From the NCBI GenBank assembly GCA_016935555.1, contig JAFGQR010000129.1:13867-77866 (forward strand): DNA of 64,000 nt, in the 5' to 3' direction. The position numbers were made by a program, and so were the translations under genes. The number at the start of each line of letters is the position of its first letter. Position 1 is the stretch's first letter. The notes under the pieces are model-generated. The model was not told where the DNA came from and made no database searches. It saw only the letters and a list, made by a program, of their open reading frames with translations. Source of the DNA: Verrucomicrobiota bacterium. Its GTDB lineage: Bacteria > Verrucomicrobiota > Verrucomicrobiia > Limisphaerales > JAFGQR01. Shown here one piece after another: positions 57,893 through 64,000 of the stretch.

Positions 57893-59368
57893 TCAGGGAT
57901 TCCCGGCTGCCGCGACGAGCTTCCCGAATCGATCGTGCATGGCCGGCCAGCCCGCCGGGGCCTGCGGCATGACGGTCTGCACCTTGAAACTGGCCGCCAC
58001 CACCTCGCGCGCGGCGGCCAGGGACGAGAGGTGTCCGAGCGCCAGGGCCTGCACGCCGATGTTCCCGGCCGCCGTCGCCTCGACCGGCCCGGTCAGCACC
58101 GGCAGCTGGAGGGCGTCAGCCGCCAGCTGGTTGAGCAGCGCGTTCTGGCTGCCGCCGCCGACAATGTGAAGGCGTTCGAGGCTCTCGCCAGTCAGCTGCT
58201 CGATCTGCCGGAGCGTGCGACGGTACAGCAGCGCCAGGCTCTCCAGCGCGCACCGCACATATGCGCCCGCCCCCGACGGCTCGGGCTGGCCTGTTTCCCG
58301 ACAAAAGTCGGCGATCTTGGCCGGCATGTGGTCGGGGCTGAGGAAGCGCGGGTCGGTGGGATTGATGATGGAGACGAAGGGGGGCGCTTCGGCGGCCAGG
58401 CGGGTGAGGGTGGAGTAGTCGTATTCCCGGCCCTGGCGCGCCCACTCGCGCCGGCACTCCTGGACCAGCCAGAGGCCGATGATGTTTTTCAGGAGGCGCA
58501 CCGTGCCGCCGTACCCGATCTCGTTCGTGAAATTCAGCTCGCGGCACGCGTCGGTCAGAATCGGTTCGGACCGTTCCACCCCCATCAGCGACCAGGTGCC
58601 CGAACTCAGGTAGGCCCAGTGCCGTCCCTGCGCCGGCACCGCCGCGACGGCTGCACCGGTGTCGTGGGAACACGACGCCACCACTTCGAGCGGCTCCAGG
58701 CCCGTCTCGGCGGCCAGTTCCGGGCGGAGCGTGCCCAGGCGGCTGCCCGACGGGACGATCGGGGGAAAGAGGCGCGCGGGGATTTCCAGGGCCTCGAGCA
58801 GCCGCGTCGACCATGTGCGGGTGACGGGGTTGTAAAGCTGCGTGGTGCTGGCGAGCGAGACTTCGGCGGCGCCCCGGCCGCAGAGAAACCGGTTGAACAC
58901 ATCTCCGATCAGCAGCAGGCCGCTGGCCCTGGCGAGGCGTTCGGGCGGCTCAGCGGCGAGTTGGTAAAGGGTGTTCAGCGGCATGAACTGGATGCCCGTC
59001 TCGGCGAAGATCGCCGGCCAGTCGACCTTGCTCCTGGCGCGGGCCACCCCGCGGGCGGTCCGGGCGTCCCGGTAGTGGAACACGGGCGTCATGAATGCGC
59101 CGTCGGCGTCGTAAAGCACGTAGTCCACGCCCCACGAATCGGTGCTGATGCTGGCGATCGGCAGCCGGCGCGCCGCGGCTTTCTTGAGCCCGGTTTTCAA
59201 CTCATCCAGGAGGGCCCCAAGGTTCCAGTGCAAGGCGCCGTCGGTTTTGACGGGGGTATTGGGGAACCGGTGGATTTCCTCGAGAGCCAGCCGGTCCTGC
59301 TCGAGCGATCCGAGGATGAGACGCCCGCTTTCGGCGCCCAGATCGCAGGCGAGGTAGTGGGTGGTCAT
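57893..59368 (-). CDS. rhaB: Rhamnulokinase (FGGY carbohydrate kinase family)
   Basis: ACDLGAESGRLILG, DSWGVDYVL, GIQFMPLNTLYQL, YLSSGTWSLMG, and HIVGGGSQNALLNQL align by eye with E. coli RhaB blocks. Confidence 0.8.
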   Translation of the reverse strand: MTTHYLACDLGAESGRLILGSLEQDRLALEEIHRFPNTPVKTDGALHWNLGALLDELKTGLKKAAARRLPIASISTDSWGVDYVLYDADGAFMTPVFHYRDARTARGVARARSKVDWPAIFAETGIQFMPLNTLYQLAAEPPERLARASGLLLIGDVFNRFLCGRGAAEVSLASTTQLYNPVTRTWSTRLLEALEIPARLFPPIVPSGSRLGTLRPELAAETGLEPLEVVASCSHDTGAAVAAVPAQGRHWAYLSSGTWSLMGVERSEPILTDACRELNFTNEIGYGGTVRLLKNIIGLWLVQECRREWARQGREYDYSTLTRLAAEAPPFVSIINPTDPRFLSPDHMPAKIADFCRETGQPEPSGAGAYVRCALESLALLYRRTLRQIEQLTGESLERLHIVGGGSQNALLNQLAADALQLPVLTGPVEATAAGNIGVQALALGHLSSLAAAREVVAASFKVQTVMPQAPAGWPAMHDRFGKLVAAAGNP

Positions 59369-59393
59369 GGCGCGGCGCGGGGGGAGGGGGCGG

Positions 59394-60737
59394 CTACGCG
59401 AATTTGGTCTGGCCCGGAATGGCCAGGGGGCGGATGGGCAGGGTCATGTCCCAGGTGAGGTTGTCGGGGACGAGCTTGTCGGTCGAGTTCAGCGCCTGTT
59501 CCCAGGTGATCTCCTTGCCCGTGTAGGCGGACATCCGGCCCATGATGGCCATCAGGGTGCTGTGCGCCATCCAGACGCCGTCGTTGATCGGTTCCCCGCG
59601 GCGGATCGAGTCGAACAGTTCGTCGTGCTCCTGTTGATACATGTCCTTCTTGGGCCCGCGGTATTTCCAGGTCTGCTTCCCGGTGAGGATGGGGTCGGCC
59701 CAGCCCTTGATCGTGCCGAAGCCGTCGGCGCCCATGAGGTAATCGGAGTTGTCGCTGTGGCATTGGCTGATCTGGCGCTGGGCCATGAAGGCGCGCACGC
59801 CGTCGGGGAACTCGTAGAACACATCGATATGATCGAAAATGTTGCCCTCGTGGTTGGGCACTTGCCGTCCGCCGTTGCTGACGGCCTTGATCGGCAACAC
59901 GCCGTTCATCGCCCACGCAATCTTGTCGATGCTGTGGCACGCCTGCTCCACCAAGCCGTCCCCCGAAAGCCACGCAAAATTATACCAGTTCCGCAGTTGC
60001 CACTCCACGTCGCCCATCCCCGCCGGGCGGGCACTCGCCGGGGGCATGGGCTTCACGGGACCCGTCAGGTAGTTGGAATACATGGCGCGGATGGGGCCGA
60101 TCGCCCCGTCGTGGACGCGCTTGAAGAATTCGCGCCGGCCCAGCTCGTAGCGCCAGCAGAAGCCGGCCACCAGCGCCAGCTTCTTTTCCCTGGCCTCCGC
60201 TGCGGACTCCAGCACGGACCGGACGCCGGGCGCGTCGGTGGCCATGGGTTTTTCGGCGAAGACATGCTTGCCCGCGTCGATGGCCGCCTTGAGGTGCAAG
60301 GGGCGGAATCCGGGCGGGGCCGCGAGCACGACAACATCGACGCCGCTGTCGATCACTTGTTGGTACGCATCCAGCCCGACGAAACAGTGGTCGGGATCCA
60401 CCTTCACCCGGTCGCTGTAGTGCGGCGCCGGGGGTTCGCCTTCCTTCGGCGCGGGTTTTCGTTTCAACACCCTCAGGCTGTTTTGCACCTGGTGCTCAAA
60501 CACGTCCCCCAACGCCGTCAGGATCACGCTCTCCCCTGTCTGCAGCGCCTGCGCCGCCGCCCCCGTCCCGCGTCCCCCGCAGCCGATCAGCCCGACTTTG
60601 AGGGTGTCTCCCGGCGAAACCTCGGCCGCCCGGCCGGTCAGGACCCACGGCCTGGCCAGAGCCCCGCCCAGGGCGGCGGCGCTGGAGGACTTCAGGAAAT
60701 GGCGACGTGACGTGACCGAGTGTTGTAACGTGTTCAT
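59394..60737 (-). CDS. Tat-exported Gfo/Idh/MocA-family oxidoreductase
   Basis: Twin-arginine signal SRRHFLKSSSAAALGGA, then the Rossmann motif VGLIGCGGRGTGAA. The start was chosen at MNTLQH. Confidence 0.85.
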   Translation of the reverse strand: MNTLQHSVTSRRHFLKSSSAAALGGALARPWVLTGRAAEVSPGDTLKVGLIGCGGRGTGAAAQALQTGESVILTALGDVFEHQVQNSLRVLKRKPAPKEGEPPAPHYSDRVKVDPDHCFVGLDAYQQVIDSGVDVVVLAAPPGFRPLHLKAAIDAGKHVFAEKPMATDAPGVRSVLESAAEAREKKLALVAGFCWRYELGRREFFKRVHDGAIGPIRAMYSNYLTGPVKPMPPASARPAGMGDVEWQLRNWYNFAWLSGDGLVEQACHSIDKIAWAMNGVLPIKAVSNGGRQVPNHEGNIFDHIDVFYEFPDGVRAFMAQRQISQCHSDNSDYLMGADGFGTIKGWADPILTGKQTWKYRGPKKDMYQQEHDELFDSIRRGEPINDGVWMAHSTLMAIMGRMSAYTGKEITWEQALNSTDKLVPDNLTWDMTLPIRPLAIPGQTKFA

Positions 60738-60847
60738 GATGGGGATGCACAGTAGCCGTCCCCGGGCCGGATTGGCAATCGAATTCACGGGCGCATTCCG
60801 CGTCCAACTCACCGGACGCCGGCCGGGCCGGCCGGCGGCGCGAGCGG

Positions 60848-62611
60848 TTGATGAAGGCACATTGGACAACCCTTGGCGGCACGCTGGTCTCGCTGTTCCT
60901 GGCAGCCGAGGCCGCAGCCGGCTGGGTGCGCACCGTGGACGGCCAGTGGATCGAGGGCGAAGTTGGCCTCGGGGAGAACGGCTCGCTGGTTGTCCGGCGC
61001 CAGGGCGCCGCCCCGCTCTCCGTGCCCCTCGCCCGGGTCGCTCGCGTCACGGTGCCGGACACCGGCGGAGCGCCGGTTTACGGCGGATTCGACGCTGAAG
61101 GATGGGTTGCCGGGGATGTGGGCGGCGTCGGAGTGGCGGGCAGCACCGGGTGCCTGGACGGGAAGTGGTGTCTGCACGGCGGCGGGGGGGATATCGGCGG
61201 GCAGGCCGATGGCTGCCATTTCGTCAGCACCCGGCTTGAGGGCAACTGCCAGTTGCTGGCCCGCGTCACCAGGGTGGCCAGCAGCGACCGCCAGGGCAGC
61301 GTCGGCATCATGCTGCGCGAAACGCGCCGGGATCGAAGCCGTTTCGCCGCTCTGCTCGTCAAGGCGGACGGCACATTGTCATTCCGCGGCCGGACCGAAT
61401 GGGGCAAGAGCGCCGAGATCAAGGTCACCCAGCCGGCACCCGCGCCGGTCTGGATCAAATTGCGCAAAGACCAGCACGACATCGACGCCTTCAAATCCGC
61501 CGACGGCCGCCAATGGCAGCCGCTCGGCCGGATGAGGGTGCCCATGGCGCGGGAGTGCGAGGCCGGCCTCACGGTTGCCAACCGGAATGCCGGCAGCCCT
61601 TGCACCGGCTGGCTGGATAACATGGAACTGACCGCCAACGGTCTCCAGGGCGAATACTTCGCCGAGCCCTCGCTCGCCCATCCGCGCTTCGTCCGGGTCG
61701 ACTCAAAAATCGACTGGGCTTGGGGCCTGGGCGCCCCCGACGAGCGCCTCGGCAAGGACCAGTTTGCGGTCCGCTGGACGGGCCAGGTCGAACCCAGGCG
61801 CACGGAGCCCCACCATTTCCACTGGGACGCCGACGACACGGCGCAGCTTTGGATCGACGGCCGGCCGATGCCGCGTCTGCCTCTGAAGAAAGACGCGGCG
61901 AGAGAGCGCGCTGGCATGCCGCTGCAAGCCGGGCAACGGTATGGACTGCGACTGGAATACCGCGAGGGCGGCGGTTCCGCCTCGGTGCGGCTTGGCTGGT
62001 CGAGCCCCAGCCAGGCCATGGAGATCATTCCCGCCACCCGGTTCTTCCGGCCTGTCATCCCGCAGATCAAAGCGCACGTGGAGGCGGCGGCGGCAGCGTC
62101 CCGTCCTGTGCCCCTGAGCCGCGGGATATTGCTGCGCAGCGGCACGTTTCTCAGCGGGGCCATTGCAGCCCTGGACGAACGCCAGATCAAATTGCGCCAA
62201 CCCAATGGCAAGGAACTGTCCCTGCTCTGGCACCAGCTGGCCTGGATTGTCTTTCGCCCGCCGCGGGAGGCGGTCGCGCTGGCGGACCTGGGGGCACGGA
62301 CCGGCGTGCTGTTGCAGAATGGGGAATGGTTCGAAGGCGACATCCGGGGCATCACGAGCCGCAAGCTCACCGTCAGCTCCGTGCTCCATGGCGTCCGCCA
62401 CTTTCATCACGAGCAGGCCGACGTCGCCGCCTGGCTGCTGCAGCCGTTGCGGGCGGCGGCTGCGTCCTTTGAAATCCACATGACCGACGGCTCCGTGCTT
62501 ATGGCCCAGAACCTGACCGTCGCCCCCGACGCCCTCGTCATGGCCGAACCCACCCTCGGCGACCTGCGGACCGCGCTGGCCGCCATCCGCGAAATCAACC
62601 GTCGCCCTTGA
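60848..62611 (+). CDS. Secreted PA14-domain protein with an upstream LamG/concanavalin-like module
   Basis: It has a signal peptide. The PA14 block is GLQGEYF...FVRVDSKIDWAWG...FAVRWTGQVEP...DDTAQLWIDG...LRLEYREGGGSASVRLGW. Confidence 0.75.
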   Translation: MMKAHWTTLGGTLVSLFLAAEAAAGWVRTVDGQWIEGEVGLGENGSLVVRRQGAAPLSVPLARVARVTVPDTGGAPVYGGFDAEGWVAGDVGGVGVAGSTGCLDGKWCLHGGGGDIGGQADGCHFVSTRLEGNCQLLARVTRVASSDRQGSVGIMLRETRRDRSRFAALLVKADGTLSFRGRTEWGKSAEIKVTQPAPAPVWIKLRKDQHDIDAFKSADGRQWQPLGRMRVPMARECEAGLTVANRNAGSPCTGWLDNMELTANGLQGEYFAEPSLAHPRFVRVDSKIDWAWGLGAPDERLGKDQFAVRWTGQVEPRRTEPHHFHWDADDTAQLWIDGRPMPRLPLKKDAARERAGMPLQAGQRYGLRLEYREGGGSASVRLGWSSPSQAMEIIPATRFFRPVIPQIKAHVEAAAAASRPVPLSRGILLRSGTFLSGAIAALDERQIKLRQPNGKELSLLWHQLAWIVFRPPREAVALADLGARTGVLLQNGEWFEGDIRGITSRKLTVSSVLHGVRHFHHEQADVAAWLLQPLRAAAASFEIHMTDGSVLMAQNLTVAPDALVMAEPTLGDLRTALAAIREINRRP

Positions 62612-62882
62612 ACGCCGGGCACCCGGGGCGCCTCCGAGGGTTGTGGGTGACGGCGCGCAGGCTTCAGGCCGCGTCACGCCACGAAGCGGGGCGGCCGGCC
62701 GGGAGATTCCAGGGCGTCGTCGCTCGCATCCCGAGGCGGGCCCGCTCCGATGCGGGAGGGCGCTTGTGCGTTCCGAGCCCGACCGACACCCCGGGGAGGC
62801 AGGGGCGCGTGCGCCCGGGATGCCGGAGAAATGAGTCGCCAGGCGCCGTGTGTCGTGGCATGCTTGGAATCCCATGAGATCA

Positions 62883-63755
62883 ATGACCGGATACGGTTGG
62901 GGCGAGTGTTCCAGGAACGGATTGAAGGTCACGGTGGAGTTGAGTTCTGTGAACCGGAAACAAAGTGAGGTGTTCGTCAACCTGCCCCGCGAGCTGGAGG
63001 TGCTCGAAGCGCAGATTCGCGACGAACTCAACCAACGGATCGCCCGCGGGCGCGTCACGGCCCGGGTGTCGCTGCACGCGGCCGAGGGCCGGGACAGTGC
63101 GCGCATGCATCTGAACCAAAAACTCGCCAAGTCCTACGCCACCGAGTTCACCCGCCTCGCCAAGGAACTCAAACTGGCCGGGCCGGTGTCCCTCGACATG
63201 GTGCTGCGCGCGCCGGGTGTGCTGCAGGCCAGCGAGGAGATGGCGGATGCGGAGGATTTCTGGCCGATGATCCGCAAGGCGCTCCAGCAGGCGATCGACA
63301 TGCTCGTCGCCATGCGCGTCCGGGAGGGTTCCCACCTTTTCAAGGATCTCCGCACCCGCATCGCCGCCATGCGTCAGGCCGTCGCCAAAATCCAAAAACT
63401 CGCCCCCAAAGTCCAGATCTCTTACCGGGACCAGCTGCTGACCCGCATCCGGAGCGCCGGGCTGGACAAGCTGGAGCTGGACGACGACCGCGTCCTCAAG
63501 GAAGTCATCTTTTTTGCGGACCGCTCGGACGTTTCCGAGGAGTTGATTCGCCTCCAAAGCCATTTCCACCAGTTCGATGCCTGCGTCCAGTCCGGCGACT
63601 CCATCGGACGCGCCCTGGACTTCCTGGCGCAGGAAATGAACCGCGAGATCAACACGATCGGCTCCAAGGCCAACGACAGCGCCATCGCCCACCATGTCGT
63701 CGCCTTCAAGGCCGATCTCGAAAGATTCCGCGAGCAGGCTCAGAACGTCGAGTGA
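62883..63755 (+). CDS. yicC: YicC-family stress-induced protein
   Basis: MTGYGWGE...VELSSVNRKQ at the N-terminus and EMNREINTIGSKAND near the C-terminus. Confidence 0.85.
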   Translation: MTGYGWGECSRNGLKVTVELSSVNRKQSEVFVNLPRELEVLEAQIRDELNQRIARGRVTARVSLHAAEGRDSARMHLNQKLAKSYATEFTRLAKELKLAGPVSLDMVLRAPGVLQASEEMADAEDFWPMIRKALQQAIDMLVAMRVREGSHLFKDLRTRIAAMRQAVAKIQKLAPKVQISYRDQLLTRIRSAGLDKLELDDDRVLKEVIFFADRSDVSEELIRLQSHFHQFDACVQSGDSIGRALDFLAQEMNREINTIGSKANDSAIAHHVVAFKADLERFREQAQNVE

Positions 63756-63757
63756 CC

Positions 63758-64000
63758 ATGCATCCCCCCTGCCTGTTCGCCGCCGCCCACATGGCCCGCG
63801 CACCGCTCCTCCTCATCCTCTCCGCCCCGTCCGGTGGCGGGAAAACCACCCTCGGCCAGCGTCTGCTCCAAACCTGCCCCGGCCTCGAACGCGCCGTCAC
63901 CTGCACCACCCGCACGCCGCGCCCCGGCGAGCGCGATGGCGTCGACTATCATTTTCTGAGTCCCGCCGTGTTCGGCCGCCAGGTTCGGGCCGGCCAGTTC
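63758..64000 (+). CDS. gmk: Guanylate kinase, 5' part (runs off the right edge of the window)
   Basis: Not in the ORF track because there is no stop. The ATG lies 3 nt after the yicC stop. Translation: ...LLLILSAPSGGGKTTLGQRLL...TTRTPRPGERDGVDYHFLS. The true start may be the second Met, at 63791. Confidence 0.8.
   Translation, partial: MHPPCLFAAAHMARAPLLLILSAPSGGGKTTLGQRLLQTCPGLERAVTCTTRTPRPGERDGVDYHFLSPAVFGRQVRAGQF

Overview
This is a visibly GC-rich bacterial chromosomal segment packed with genes on both strands. Almost every real gene is shadowed by a long antisense ORF, which is an artefact of the GC content. Several genes point to a PVC-superphylum (Verrucomicrobiota-like) organism; this is an inference, not a search result. 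They include a 50-aa 'small basic protein', a DUF4912 + GH57 pair, a FliW-CsrA pair, a Tat-signal Gfo/Idh/MocA oxidoreductase and a PA14 protein. Housekeeping genes dominate:
- a PilB/GspE-type ATPase with a TPR partner;
- folD;
- fliW-csrA;
- a GH57 glycogen-branching locus;
- tyrA-aroA-cmk-plsC;
- a 13-gene complex I-type operon (17.2-28.7 kb);
- a complete F1Fo ATP synthase operon (35.7-42.4 kb);
- a second chorismate mutase/prephenate dehydrogenase;
- an EF-G II paralog, dtd, clpP-clpX and nrdR;
- a small sugar-utilisation cluster (GntP permease, rhamnulokinase, oxidoreductase, PA14 protein);
- yicC-gmk.

I found no rRNA, tRNA, CRISPR array, transposase or integrase. I see no clear-cut novel multi-gene system. 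The features most worth a second look are:
1. The complex I operon lacks nuoEFG. It carries an extra MrpD-like antiporter subunit and an 87-aa membrane protein ahead of a divergent NuoL-like subunit whose TM7 lysine is replaced by Asn.
2. A small decayed accessory patch (28.7-32.3 kb) surrounds a 745-aa EF-hand plus 3-TM protein of unknown function.
3. A Zn-ribbon-NUDIX-RsbRD_N fusion is translationally coupled to a SAM methyltransferase.
4. An orphan PilB-like ATPase carries a near-canonical tandem MshEN (c-di-GMP) motif.

All functional calls come from reading the translated sequences by eye. No database search was run.
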